Part shown: piece after piece, positions 34,001 to 43,313 of the stretch
Numbering within the stretch: position 1 is the first letter of the stretch
Layout of the letters: the number at the start of each line of letters is the position of its first letter
From: Candidatus Nanoarchaeia archaeon
Lineage (GTDB): Archaea > Nanobdellota > Nanobdellia > Tiddalikarchaeales > Tiddalikarchaeaceae
NCBI GenBank assembly: GCA_041652755.1
Contig: JBAZGS010000007.1
Coordinates: 1,687 to 65,686, forward strand
Length of the DNA stretch: 64,000 bases
Direction of reading: 5' to 3'
The notes under the pieces: generated by a model
Told to the model about the DNA's origin: nothing
Database searches by the model: none
The model's input: only the letters and a program-made list of their open reading frames with translations
Made by a program: the position numbers and the translations under genes

Positions 34001-34340
34001 AGAGATTTATTACAGAAAAAGCACTGATGGTGGAAGCACTTGGAGTGTTATGACACGTTTAAGCACTGATGATGTTTATGATTCAGTAGATCCTGCAATA
34101 TATGTTAACAATAATAATGTTCATGTTGTTTGGGAGGACAATAAGGATGGACAATCAGAAATATATTATATAGAAAGCACTGATGGTGGAAGCACTTGGG
34201 GCACAGAAGAAGCAATAACCTCGGATGATGGATACGCGTCAGAACTTCCAGAAATATACAGTGATGGAAGTGTGGTTCATGTTGTTTGGCAGGACAATAT
34301 TGATGGAGATTATGAAATTTATTATAATTCCAAAAGATAA
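31071..34340 (+). CDS. Giant surface protein: archaeal pilin-type (class III) signal, Cys-rich modules, FG-GAP/VCBS propeller, BNR/Asp-box propeller
   Basis: N-terminal ITPVISVILLVLITIVASV. Eight or more GD(V/F)NNDGW(M/L)D(I/F) repeats. Eight VHVVWxD...EIYY..S.DGGSTW Asp-box blades. Confidence 0.85.
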   Translation: MKTITPVISVILLVLITIVASVSAFFFINSNVLGLESGVDINNNPITDNSRLNLVSITGSKAIVRNDGSSSVNEVIVFINGELFNYTLDSPIQPGELREINFNAQQAGEDLEIKLIYNRGKTVTKTSPANKNTEDSGYIIDYSPRVDSTSITQNATHLKGYCQASVYNASIESEYYYEWLLDDESYLNGSILGNHDNENYLLNIVEISDGSWNFKCLVGNGTYNSSWKTSSTTTIGDSGSDEPDNNLIYCLSNNSRNTWFSGSITGSNGACCGDDGFYDLFYNSTYSCNNGYTIFDDDNHFTYDYFGDKKRDYSGKNICELKGYEWMSHTLNFEDKIDYSVINDPQGITISDVNNDGWMDIISTNYQGSSVSVFLNDGDGNFSINNYNIGSNYHLDVATGDVNNDGWMDIVSNDWLNSQVDVLLNDGDGTFDNVRNDYLIGSYSTGLTLGDVNNDGWMDIIGTAAYLDKIVVRLNDGDGTFDNFNESYSVIDDPRSVAVGDVNNDGWIDIVSNNYLSHSVSLFLNDGDGTFETARRDYDVGSDQDSVTFGDFNNDDFLDILASDYLGNSMIVLLNNGSGDFQDNISSYSLGISPRDGVVGDFNNDGCLDFAGIHYNLSIRLGNCDGTFNSSIIFAAGNDDSFSFSTADFNNDGNLDFVTANRNLDSVSVIFSTFSGLNGPCCGDDGATDDFYNSTNYCCNGAFNTGSCHCGDGICQSWETEGNCPSDCSLPSWGTQVRLSSNDVYNSGAPRISGNGNNVHVFWSDLRDNYPYPEIYYINSSDNGLTWNSETLVSSDDTHMSLWPVVDVYNNKVHVVWEDYESSAKVFYVNSSDNGANWNEFFKGLPVTSVRPHISVSENNIHVVWQNGGYSGTDIFYANSTNGGSTWSTPIIITSAGDEYVSTYPVIAVSGNYIHVVWEDDEFNDGVFYRSSNDNGASWGMITNLSYDEGYTSIDPDIAVNGSNVHVVWGDTRDGNSEIYYRKSTDGGSTWSVMTRLSTDDVYDSVDPAIYVNNNNVHVVWEDNKDGQSEIYYIESTDGGSTWGTEEAITSDDGYASELPEIYSDGSVVHVVWQDNIDGDYEIYYNSKR
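31078..31487 (+). repeat. Direct repeat copy A (shared 5' module of the two adhesin genes)
   Basis: Aligns base for base with 35663-36072 (offset 4585), with only scattered mismatches until ~31440. Confidence 0.9.
32090..32700 (+). repeat. About 150-bp tandem coding repeats (FG-GAP units) with very high DNA identity
   Basis: gatgtgaacaatgatggatggatggatata recurs at 32124, 32271 and 32421, and at 32571 with mismatches. gatggagacgg[ac]acttttga recurs between them. Confidence 0.85.
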
Positions 34341-34353
34341 ATGTTTGAAGAGT

Positions 34354-35565
34354 TCAATTCCTTGTTTTGAAAAGGTCTAAATTATTCTTTGTAATGTTAA
34401 TTATATAATAATCCCCTAATTTGTGGGCTGTTTTTATTTTTGTGTAATTGCTGGTTCTTGCGTAGCCGTCTTCGTCAACTAGCGCGTAATCCATGCATAG
34501 TTTTCTTTTTAATTGCAAGATATGTTTTTGGTGCAGGCTCATTAATTTTATTGCCCTGTTTTTTTTGTCAGTTAAGCTTACTTGGTTTTTCATCTTGCTA
34601 GATTCAGTGAAAGGCCTATCCCAGTACTTGCTTATGTTCATTACTTGGGGTTTTAACTGCTCAATTAATTCATAGGTTTCTTCGTAGTCTTTCTCTGACT
34701 CTCCTGGAAAGCCCACTATAATATCAGTTGCTATTGTTATATCTTTCACCTTAGTTCTTAAATAATTGACAGTTTCTATAAAATCATTTTTTGAATAATG
34801 CCTATTCATTAATTTCAGCACCTTATTGCTTCCTGATTGTATTGGCAAGTGGATGAATTTGTAGAATTTTTCATTGCTTAATATTTTAGCTAATTCTTCT
34901 TTGTATAATTTAGCATATTTTGGATTCATCATTCCTATTCTTATTTTAAAAAAATTAGGTATTTTGATTATTTCATTAAGTAAATTAATTAAATTAGTGT
35001 TTTTGTCAATTCCATAGCAACCTGTGTCTTCTGCTGTTAGCCAAAATTCTTTTTTGTTATTTTTTAATGCGTTTTTTATTTGTTTAATTATATCTTTAAT
35101 TTCATAAGAGCATAATTTTCCTCTTGCTAATTTGGTTGCGCAGTAGGCACAATCACCTAAGCACCCCTTGCTTATTGGAACTATTTCTATTACTTCATTC
35201 TTAGCTAAAGGGATTAATCTTGTCTTATTATTATTTTTTTGCAGCGATTCTTTCAGCTCTCCTTTCACAATTTTCACTATGTCTGATAAATTGTTGCAGC
35301 CAATTAAGGGATAGTTTTTGAATAATTCTTTATGAGTGGCTGTCATGCATCCAGCTATTATTAATTTCTTGTCCTTATTGTCTTGTATGTATCTTTTTAT
35401 TCTTTGCTCTGTTGGAGTTTTCACAGTGCAAGTATTGACTATTATATAATCTGCTTCTCTTTCATTCTTGGCTTCTTTGAACCCTTTAATTTTTAATAGC
35501 TCAGCCATGAATAATGAATCTGCTTGGTTATGCGAGCAGCCGTAAGTTTTTATGAAAAATTTCAT
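34354..35565 (-). CDS. Archaeal-type MiaB-like radical SAM methylthiotransferase (t6A37 methylthiotransferase, e-MtaB/CDKAL1-like)
   Basis: N-terminal UPF0004 domain (TYGCSHNQADS..NTCTVK), radical SAM CLGDCAYC, C-terminal TRAM-like segment. Confidence 0.85.
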   Translation of the reverse strand: MKFFIKTYGCSHNQADSLFMAELLKIKGFKEAKNEREADYIIVNTCTVKTPTEQRIKRYIQDNKDKKLIIAGCMTATHKELFKNYPLIGCNNLSDIVKIVKGELKESLQKNNNKTRLIPLAKNEVIEIVPISKGCLGDCAYCATKLARGKLCSYEIKDIIKQIKNALKNNKKEFWLTAEDTGCYGIDKNTNLINLLNEIIKIPNFFKIRIGMMNPKYAKLYKEELAKILSNEKFYKFIHLPIQSGSNKVLKLMNRHYSKNDFIETVNYLRTKVKDITIATDIIVGFPGESEKDYEETYELIEQLKPQVMNISKYWDRPFTESSKMKNQVSLTDKKNRAIKLMSLHQKHILQLKRKLCMDYALVDEDGYARTSNYTKIKTAHKLGDYYIINITKNNLDLFKTRN

Positions 35566-35607
35566 AAAATAAGTATTTAAATTATGGATTTAATAATTTA
35601 ACTTATA

Positions 35608-37593
35608 ATGATAGATATAAAAAATAAAATAACAACACCTATAAAAAAAGAGCTAAAAAAATCTATCACCCCAGTCATAAGTGTAATTTTATTGGTTTTA
35701 ATCACTATTGTTGCTAGCGTTTCAGCATTCTTCTTCATCAATTCCAATGTTTTGGGCTTAGAGTCAGGTGTTGATATTAATAATAATCCAATAACTGACA
35801 ATTCAAGGCTTAATTTAGTGAGCATAACTGGAAGCAAGGCAATTGTCAGGAATGATGGCTCAAGCCCTGTTAATGAGGTTATTGTTTTCATTAATGGCGA
35901 ATTGTTCAACTACACCCTTGACTCGCCAATTCAGCCAGGTGAATTAAGGGAGATTAATTTTAATGCCCAGCAGGCAGGAGAGGATTTGGAGATAAAATTA
36001 ATCTATAATCGTGGAAAAACTGTGACTGACACCAGCCCTGCCAATAAGAACACTGAAGACAGTGGATTTGTCCAAAGCAGCAACCCTGATTCTTCATTAA
36101 TTGATTGCTTAAACAATAATATCAGCAACACTTGGTTCACTGGCTCTTTAAATGGAAATAATGGCTCTTGCTGCGGAGATGACGGAGCGCTTGATAATTT
36201 TTATAATTCAACAAACTACTGCTGCAACGGCAGTTTCAATTCAGGTTCATGCTTCTGCGGTGATAATATCTGCCAATTTTGGGAGAATAGCGGAACATGC
36301 ACTAATGATTGTGTTTCATGGCATTTATTCATGCATGATTCAAACAATTCAGGATACAGCAATGAAGTTACTAAACCTTCTCAGCCAGGAGTTTTTGAAG
36401 TCAAAAACTTCACTACCCCAGGATTATTAGGCAATTTTGTTTCAGTTCCTTTATTGGCTGATGTTGACAATGACAATGATTTAGAGATAATAATAAGGGG
36501 ATCAACTGGATTAAAAGTTTTTTACGGAAACAATTATTCAGTAATGTGGAATGATTCATCATTAAATTCAGATGTAATGATTGGAAAAACTCTTGCTATA
36601 ACCTCTCCTGATGAAAATAATGACAGGTATATTATTACAAGTAATTATGACGGGCTTTACGCATTATATGCACAAAATGGAACTTACAAATGGAGTAATC
36701 CATTATATCATTTGTATTCAGCATCATGGCTTTATACTCCAAAAAAGTATATTAACATAAAAGATGTTACTGGAGATGGAAAGGAAGATATAATTTTTTT
36801 ATATAATAATTATTTCAGCGGTGTTGTAAACAATACTATAGGTGTTTTTAATGTAAGCACTGGAGAATTAATATGGAAATATATGATAGAAAATTATTTT
36901 ACTAAAAATACTCCTGCTGCTGCAGACTTAGATAATGATGGAATAGTTGAGATTATTTTTGCAACAGATTATGGCAATATTTATGCTTTAAATGGAAATA
37001 ATGGAACAGTTAAATGGACTTATAATATTGGAGGGGCTTACGAGATTGGTTCATCTCCTTCATTGGCGGATTTGGATAATGATGGAAAATTAGAAATAGT
37101 TATTGGAGCTTCAACAAATTATATTTATGCTTTATATTCTAATGGTTCATTGATGTGGAATTATAATGCTTTTTCAGATGTTAGGGAAGGTCCCGCAATA
37201 GGTGATATTAATAATGATGGAATAAGTGATATAGTTTTTATTACAATTAATAATAATGTTACTGCATTGTTTAATAATGGCACTTTGATGTGGAATTTTA
37301 TTGATAGTGATGTTGGAGGTAATAGTTATAAATCATATCCTATTATTGGGGACCCTGATGGAGATGGTATAAAAAATATTCTTTACTCTAAACTTGATGA
37401 TTCAAATCCTACTTGTTTGTCTATAATGATTCTTTATGGAACTAATGGCACTGAGCAATGGAGCCAAAAATATTTATGTAATGCAAATTTTTATAATTAT
37501 CCTGGAGATTCTTTAGCTCTTGGAGATATTGATGGTGATGGAGTAATAGAAATAATTTATGCTGCTGACGATACTGAAGAGCCTCCATATTAA
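35608..37593 (+). CDS. Surface protein: pilin-type class III signal, Cys-rich module, FG-GAP/PQQ-like beta-propeller
   Basis: The first ~150 aa are almost identical to ORF 31071. Then CCGDDG..CCNG..C.CGD.ICQ.WE, then ADLDNDG..EI / G.IYAL..NG...W blades. Confidence 0.85.
   Translation: MIDIKNKITTPIKKELKKSITPVISVILLVLITIVASVSAFFFINSNVLGLESGVDINNNPITDNSRLNLVSITGSKAIVRNDGSSPVNEVIVFINGELFNYTLDSPIQPGELREINFNAQQAGEDLEIKLIYNRGKTVTDTSPANKNTEDSGFVQSSNPDSSLIDCLNNNISNTWFTGSLNGNNGSCCGDDGALDNFYNSTNYCCNGSFNSGSCFCGDNICQFWENSGTCTNDCVSWHLFMHDSNNSGYSNEVTKPSQPGVFEVKNFTTPGLLGNFVSVPLLADVDNDNDLEIIIRGSTGLKVFYGNNYSVMWNDSSLNSDVMIGKTLAITSPDENNDRYIITSNYDGLYALYAQNGTYKWSNPLYHLYSASWLYTPKKYINIKDVTGDGKEDIIFLYNNYFSGVVNNTIGVFNVSTGELIWKYMIENYFTKNTPAAADLDNDGIVEIIFATDYGNIYALNGNNGTVKWTYNIGGAYEIGSSPSLADLDNDGKLEIVIGASTNYIYALYSNGSLMWNYNAFSDVREGPAIGDINNDGISDIVFITINNNVTALFNNGTLMWNFIDSDVGGNSYKSYPIIGDPDGDGIKNILYSKLDDSNPTCLSIMILYGTNGTEQWSQKYLCNANFYNYPGDSLALGDIDGDGVIEIIYAADDTEEPPY
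35663..36072 (+). repeat. Direct repeat copy B (shared 5' module of the two adhesin genes)
   Basis: See copy A. Confidence 0.9.
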
Positions 37594-37595
37594 AA

Positions 37596-37814
37596 TTACT
37601 CAAGCTCTATTAATTTTTCATGGGTTTTTGCTCCTATGATTTTTGTTACTTTTTTGCCTAAATGTTTTTCTAGTAATTTTATTAATTCAAAATTTGCCTT
37701 ATTTTTTATTGCTTCATTTTTTAGGCTAATTTTGTAAATATCTCCTTCTTTTTTTATTGCTTGCATTTTTTGACAGGTTTTTATTGTTGCTTTTATTTTC
37801 ATGGCAGTCACCAA
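37596..37814 (-). CDS. DUF167 (YggU-like) family protein
   Basis: ISLKNEAIKNKANFELIKLLEKHLGKKV.IIGAKTHEK resembles the v.A.p..GkAN..li.fLak.l...v.i..G..sr.K pattern. Confidence 0.5.
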   Translation of the reverse strand: MVTAMKIKATIKTCQKMQAIKKEGDIYKISLKNEAIKNKANFELIKLLEKHLGKKVTKIIGAKTHEKLIELE

Positions 37815-38098
37815 TCAACAATAATTATAATACCAATTATTAATAATAATATGTTCCATAAAATGATTGATTTGAAAGTTTTTTTATAGGTTAAATCAAA
37901 TGATGATTTGATATAATTTATTATGCTTAATATTATTATTGTAAATTCATCTCCAATAAGCAAGGATGGAATGATTAGTGCAAGTAAATAAAACCAATTT
38001 TTGAACCAAGTTTTTCTTATTATTATTTCATCTTTTGTGATTCTTGAGATTATTGTCCCAATTATATAGCTTAAAGGTATTAATAGTGTTATTAACAT
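37808..38098 (-). CDS. Small hypothetical membrane protein
   Basis: 96-aa ORF with 3 TM segments, in an operon with the DUF167 gene (7-nt overlap). Confidence 0.4.
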   Translation of the reverse strand: MLITLLIPLSYIIGTIISRITKDEIIIRKTWFKNWFYLLALIIPSLLIGDEFTIIILSIINYIKSSFDLTYKKTFKSIILWNILLLIIGIIIIVDW

Positions 38099-38133
38099 AA
38101 AAGTTAATAATTAGGTGTTTATTTAATTGCTTT

Positions 38134-38688
38134 ATGGTTTATTCACCAAGAGAAGACTCTTATCTATTAAAAAAATGGGTCAGCAAATTAAGCAAGGATA
38201 AAAAAGTGCTTGATATGGGAACTGGTTCAGGCATTCAAGCTATTGCTGCCAAGGCCAGCGGAGCAGTCATAATTTTAGGAGTTGACAAGAACAAGAAGGC
38301 TGTTATTTTGGCTAAAAAGAATGCCAAAGAGGCTGGTTTTTCTGATATTGAATTCAAGCATAGTGATTTGTTTTTGGCAGTGAATGAAAAGTTTGACTTG
38401 ATAGTTTTTAATCCTCCTTACTTGCCTAATGAGGAGCATCTTGATATTGGCAAGGATTATGATTTGGTTGGCGGGGAGAAAGGCAACGAGTTAAGCATTG
38501 AGTTTTTGAAACAGGCAGTTGAGTATTTGAATCCTAAAGGTTGTGTTCTGCTTATTTGCTCCAGCATTAGCGACCCTTTTGAAATTTTCAGTTATGCTGA
38601 AAGCTTCGGTTATGGTTATAAAATATTAGAAGAGCTAAGGCTTGATTTTGAGACTCTTTATTGCGTGAAATTATGGGTTAAGGAATAA
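38134..38688 (+). CDS. HemK/Mtq2-like N5-glutamine methyltransferase
   Basis: VLDMGTGSGIQAI, GVDKN, FNPPYLP (NPPY). Confidence 0.7.
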   Translation: MVYSPREDSYLLKKWVSKLSKDKKVLDMGTGSGIQAIAAKASGAVIILGVDKNKKAVILAKKNAKEAGFSDIEFKHSDLFLAVNEKFDLIVFNPPYLPNEEHLDIGKDYDLVGGEKGNELSIEFLKQAVEYLNPKGCVLLICSSISDPFEIFSYAESFGYGYKILEELRLDFETLYCVKLWVKE

Positions 38689-38724
38689 GCTTTAAAAAAC
38701 CTGTTCATTTTTGTAATTATTGTT

Positions 38725-39909
38725 ATGTTGATTGGAATTGTGGGTAAGCCTAACACTGGAAAAAGCACTTTTTTTAAGGCTTTGACTTTAATGGATGTTT
38801 TGATTGAGAATTACCCTTTTGCTACAATTAAGCCTAACAGGGGAATGGGGCATGTTAGGGTTAAGTGCATTGACAGCGAATTCGGGGTTAAGTGCAATCC
38901 CAGGAATGGTTTCTGCATTAATGGAACAAGGTTTGTTGGTGTTGAAGTGATGGATGTTGCTGGATTAGTGCCTGGCGCTCATGAAGGCAAAGGTATGGGC
39001 AATCAATTCTTGGATGATTTAAGGCAAGCTGACGCGTTCATTCATGTGATTGATATTAGCGGAGCAACGAATGATAAGGGCGAGAATGTTACTCTTGGCT
39101 CTTATGACCCTTGCAATGATATTAAGTTCTTGGAAGAGGAGTTGGATTACTGGTTTTTTGGAATTTTGAAAAATTCTTGGACTAAGTTTGCAAGAAGGTT
39201 AGAGCAAGGCAATAAGGAATTGGTTAAGGAGATTGCTGAACAATTCAGCGGACTTAAAATTAATGAAGAACATGTTAAGGTGGCTATTGAAGGGTTTAAA
39301 ACTAATAAGCCGGCTGAATGGAGCGATGAGGATTTGTTCAAATTTTGCTCTAAGCTAAGGAAGCTTTCTAAGCCAATGGTTATTGCTGCTAATAAGATTG
39401 ACAAGTCTAATGGTTTGGAGAATTTGGAGAGGCTGAAAAAAATGTTTCCTGACTACAAGATTGTTGGTTGCAGCGCTGAGGTTGAGCTGGCTTTAAGGGA
39501 AGCCAATAATAAGGGAGTGATTACGTATGCTCCTGGAGATAATAGTTTTGAGATTGTTAAAAATGATTTGCCTGAAAAATTATTGAAAGCTTTATATTTT
39601 ATGAAAAATTTTTTGGAAAAGTTTGGCTCAACGGGCATTCAGGAAATAATGGATTATATTGTATTTGATTACTTGCATTACATTGCTGTTTTTCCCGGAG
39701 GCACTAAAGGGCTTACTGATAGCCATGGAAGGGTTTTGCCTGACTGCTTCTTATTGCCTAAAGGCAGCACTGCACTTGATTTTGCCTACACTATTCACAC
39801 GGATTTAGGTGACAAGTTCATTAAAGCCATTAATGTGAAAACTAGGCAAGTTTTAGGAAAAGCGTACGAGCTTAAGCATAGGGATATTATTGAGATTATC
39901 ACTTCTTAG
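38725..39909 (+). CDS. Obg-family GTPase (YchF/OLA1-like) with C-terminal TGS domain
   Basis: G1 GKPNTGKST, NYPFATI.PN, DVAGLV.GA..G.G.GN.FL, NKID. C-terminal TGS-like LPKGSTALDFAY.IHTDLG..F..A. Confidence 0.75.
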   Translation: MLIGIVGKPNTGKSTFFKALTLMDVLIENYPFATIKPNRGMGHVRVKCIDSEFGVKCNPRNGFCINGTRFVGVEVMDVAGLVPGAHEGKGMGNQFLDDLRQADAFIHVIDISGATNDKGENVTLGSYDPCNDIKFLEEELDYWFFGILKNSWTKFARRLEQGNKELVKEIAEQFSGLKINEEHVKVAIEGFKTNKPAEWSDEDLFKFCSKLRKLSKPMVIAANKIDKSNGLENLERLKKMFPDYKIVGCSAEVELALREANNKGVITYAPGDNSFEIVKNDLPEKLLKALYFMKNFLEKFGSTGIQEIMDYIVFDYLHYIAVFPGGTKGLTDSHGRVLPDCFLLPKGSTALDFAYTIHTDLGDKFIKAINVKTRQVLGKAYELKHRDIIEIITS

Positions 39910-40648
39910 TCTTGTTTCTTATATAAGTTGTTGGCAGAATGATATTTTCAGGGTTAATGTCATAATTTCTTGCAGTTATTACTTCTTCAAGGGTTGCTTT
40001 TTTGTTATTGTCTATGAACCTGTCATGCTTGTGCTCTTCGTAGAATTCAATAATGTTTGGCATTTTTTTGAATGAGTATATTAGGTTTCCAAGCCCTTCA
40101 TAAATATAGTCTTTTTTTGACAGCTCGCTTAATTCATAGTTTTTGTCCAATTGCTTAACTGCTCTTATGAAATTATTGATTGAGTTATTCTTTTGAATTT
40201 TGTTGAAAAACTCTGAGTTGCTTGGGTTGTAAAAATACCCTATTGGAAGCTGCTTAAGCATTAAGTCATGATTAATCTTTGTTAATTTCCAGGGTTCATG
40301 GTTAAGCGTTTCATTTTTTGGATAGCTTATTTTTAGCAGTAAGTAAACGCTTCCGTAATATTTCTCAAGCAATCCTCTGAGGTTAAATTTTTCGAAAGTG
40401 GTTCTTGATATTTTTTCATTTTTTGAGTTAGCTGTTAAATAATTTATTGCCCTGTTTAGATTAGAAACATTATTCCAGTAATTTGGGTTTGCAGCTTCAT
40501 TAAGCCATTTGAAGTTTGCTTTTATATAAGCATCATATTGCTGTTTTGTGAAATGATTATTGCTGCATAAGTATTCCTTATGGCTTGGAAAATGATGCAG
40601 TGAAGCGCTTAAAGCTATTATTGAAGTGTCATAATTGTTTGTTTTCAT
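39899..40648 (-). CDS. Hypothetical protein
   Basis: 249-aa ORF. No motif recognised. Confidence 0.4.
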   Translation of the reverse strand: MKTNNYDTSIIALSASLHHFPSHKEYLCSNNHFTKQQYDAYIKANFKWLNEAANPNYWNNVSNLNRAINYLTANSKNEKISRTTFEKFNLRGLLEKYYGSVYLLLKISYPKNETLNHEPWKLTKINHDLMLKQLPIGYFYNPSNSEFFNKIQKNNSINNFIRAVKQLDKNYELSELSKKDYIYEGLGNLIYSFKKMPNIIEFYEEHKHDRFIDNNKKATLEEVITARNYDINPENIILPTTYIRNKTKK

Positions 40649-40739
40649 GGCTAATTTTTAGTTTAAAAAATTTTTATTTAAATAGTTGCTGGTTTGATTG
40701 AAATCTTTTTAAATCTTGTTTTAATTGTTCTTTAATAGT

Positions 40740-42476
40740 ATGAGAGTTGTTGTTGTTGACAAGAAAAAATGCACTGCAGGCAAAGGGTGCGATTATGTTT
40801 GCATGAAATTCTGCCCCATTAATAGGGATGAAAAGGATTGCATAATCAAAGGCAAGGAGGGCAAAATCTCAATTATTGAAGAGAACTGCATTGGCTGCGG
40901 CATCTGCGTTAAGAAATGCCCTTTTGATGCTATTAAGGTTGTTAATCTTCCTAAAGAGCTGGAAAAAAAGGAGCTGTATTCTTACGGGCTTAATTGTTTC
41001 AGGCTTTTCAATTTAATTATTCCTGTGAAGAATCAAATAACTGGTTTGGTTGGAGTTAATGGTATTGGTAAAAGCACTTGCTTAAACATTTTGTCAGGCC
41101 AAATTGTTCCTAATTTCGGGGAGTTTAATTCTCCTGCTAGCGGCCAAAGAGTTATTGAGTATTTTAAAGGAAGCGAGGGGCAAATGTATTTTGAAAACTT
41201 GTATACTAAAGGTGTTGAAACTAGTTATAAGCCTCAGTATATTGAGCGCATTCCTAAGGCTTTTGGGGGAACTGTTAAGGAGTTGCTTAAAAGTTTTTCA
41301 GAAAAAATTGATGAGGTTGCTAAAGAATTAGAAGTTTATCATTTATTTGATAGGAAATTGGATGAGATTAGTGGAGGAGAGCTTCAGAGAGTTGCTATTG
41401 CTGCAAGCCTTGTGAAAGAGTCTCAATTATTGTTCATTGATGAGCCTAGCAGTTATTTGGATATTAAGCAAAGATTAAAGATTTCTAATGTAATCAGGAA
41501 AGTTGGGCTGCTTAAAGATTCTTGCGTGGTTGTTGAGCATGATTTAGTGATGCTTGATTACTTGGCGGATTTGGGCAATATTATTTATGGTAAAAGCGGA
41601 GCTTATGGGATTGTCAGCAACCAGTTAAGCATTAGGGAAGCAATCAATACTTACTTATATGGTTATATTAAGGAGGATAATATGCGCTTTAGGGAGAACG
41701 AAATAAAGTTTGATGTTAAAGCTCCAGTTATCTCATTGTCAAGATTTCCTTTAATAAGCTGGGGAGAGGTTAGTAAAAAGTTAGGAAATTTTAAGCTAAA
41801 GATTAATCCTGGCTCTTTGATGAAAAATGAAATCATTGGAATACTTGGTGAGAATGGCATTGGAAAAACCACTTTTGCAAAAATTTTAAGCGGAGTGATT
41901 AAGCCTGACAGCGGAACTATTGACAGCTCTATTAAAATAAGCTATAAGCCACAGTATATTTCAGTTGAAGATGATAACATTGTCAGGGTTTATTTGAAAA
42001 CTTGCAGCAATTCATTGATTGAGAAATTAGACTTAAGCCATTTGCTTTCAAGAAAAGTTAGTGAACTTAGCGGAGGAGAGCTTCAAAGGGTTGCTATTGC
42101 TGAATGCTTATCTAGGGAAGCTGATGTTTATTTGCTTGATGAGCCTAGCGCGCACTTGGATGTTGAGCAAAGATTGAATGTTTCAAACATTATTAGGGAT
42201 ATTGTTAAAAAGAAGGAAGCAAGCTGTTTCGTCATTGACCATGATATATTGTTCATGGATTATTTGAGCGATAAATTAATGATTTTTTTAGGAACTCCTG
42301 GGCTGAAAGGTGAGACTTATGGGCCAATGCAGATGAGGGATGGAATGAACAAGTTCCTTAAGGAATTAAATATTACTTTCAGAAGAGATAAGGATACTAA
42401 AAGGCCTAGGGCTAACAAGCTTAACAGCCAGTTAGATTCAGAGCAGAAAGAAAAAGGAGAATATTATTACCAATAA
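40740..42476 (+). CDS. abce1: ABCE1 (RNase L inhibitor homolog) ribosome-recycling ATPase
   Basis: N-terminal two 4Fe-4S ferredoxin motifs (CIGCGICVKKCP). Twin ABC cassettes (GVNGIGKST / SGGELQRVAIA / FIDEPS; GENGIGKTT / SGGELQRVAIA / LLDEPS). Confidence 0.95.
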   Translation: MRVVVVDKKKCTAGKGCDYVCMKFCPINRDEKDCIIKGKEGKISIIEENCIGCGICVKKCPFDAIKVVNLPKELEKKELYSYGLNCFRLFNLIIPVKNQITGLVGVNGIGKSTCLNILSGQIVPNFGEFNSPASGQRVIEYFKGSEGQMYFENLYTKGVETSYKPQYIERIPKAFGGTVKELLKSFSEKIDEVAKELEVYHLFDRKLDEISGGELQRVAIAASLVKESQLLFIDEPSSYLDIKQRLKISNVIRKVGLLKDSCVVVEHDLVMLDYLADLGNIIYGKSGAYGIVSNQLSIREAINTYLYGYIKEDNMRFRENEIKFDVKAPVISLSRFPLISWGEVSKKLGNFKLKINPGSLMKNEIIGILGENGIGKTTFAKILSGVIKPDSGTIDSSIKISYKPQYISVEDDNIVRVYLKTCSNSLIEKLDLSHLLSRKVSELSGGELQRVAIAECLSREADVYLLDEPSAHLDVEQRLNVSNIIRDIVKKKEASCFVIDHDILFMDYLSDKLMIFLGTPGLKGETYGPMQMRDGMNKFLKELNITFRRDKDTKRPRANKLNSQLDSEQKEKGEYYYQ

Positions 42477-43262
42477 TTACACTCCTAAAAGTATTGTGAT
42501 AAAGTTCCTGATTCCTGGGCCGAGCCCGAGTACGCAGATTATTATTTTTAAGTAATTGCCAAACTCTTTGTCCGGGTCTTTGTTTAAGTAATAAAGCAAG
42601 GGCAGCAGGACTAAGAGCTTTAATGCATACATTACTGCTCCTGTATGAAAGTATTGCGTGAAGAATCCTCCGACAATGTGAACTTCAATGTATCCAAAGA
42701 AGTCTATGTTTACAAAAGTGCTTGTTGCGTCAAACAAGTGGCTCATTATTGCTGCAAGGCTTAATTTGTCAGAAAGCAAGGGTATTTTTTTTCTGAGCAA
42801 AAACAGTGGAGCAATTGAGATTGAAAAAAATAATGCATATAAAGGCAGTGCTTTAAAATTAACTATGTTAAAATTAGGCAAATGAAAAAGGATTAGTATT
42901 GTTGGCAAGTAAGTCATTAAGATTTTTTTTCCAAGTAACTTATCCAGAAAGAATGACAGGAAAAACAGGGCAATCATCATTATCCATATTCCTGGAGTTA
43001 CTGTCCAGAAAAATCTTTCATAAACTCCTGTGTCAGCGTAAACCCTTATGATGCTTCCGAGTATTATGAATGGCAAGATTTTTAGCAAAAGATTAATATT
43101 GAATTTTGCTTTTCCTTTCAAGATTTTATACATTAATGAGATTAAAATTATTGCCAAGATTGCATAAGCCATTGTGTCAAAAATGTTGTAAGATTCTGAG
43201 CTGCTCCATCCTTTTAGGAAATTTTCATAAAAAAAACTTGACAAGTTCATGAGATTATTCAA
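42477..43262 (-). CDS. DUF63-like archaeal integral membrane protein
   Basis: Seven or more TM segments. SHLFDATSTFVNIDFFGYIEVHIV and LGLGPGIRN resemble DUF63 signatures. Confidence 0.45.
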   Translation of the reverse strand: MNNLMNLSSFFYENFLKGWSSSESYNIFDTMAYAILAIILISLMYKILKGKAKFNINLLLKILPFIILGSIIRVYADTGVYERFFWTVTPGIWIMMIALFFLSFFLDKLLGKKILMTYLPTILILFHLPNFNIVNFKALPLYALFFSISIAPLFLLRKKIPLLSDKLSLAAIMSHLFDATSTFVNIDFFGYIEVHIVGGFFTQYFHTGAVMYALKLLVLLPLLYYLNKDPDKEFGNYLKIIICVLGLGPGIRNFITILLGV

Positions 43263-43313
43263 TAATTGCTGTTTTAAAAAAGTTTAATAAATACTGGTTG
43301 CTAATAAATTTTT

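Noticed and set aside
31071-37593. Diversity-generating retroelement (DGR) acting on the adhesins
   Set aside because: There is no reverse transcriptase or Avd-like gene in the window. The near-identical repeat covers the constant N-terminal module, not a C-terminal variable region. The mismatches are not adenine-specific.
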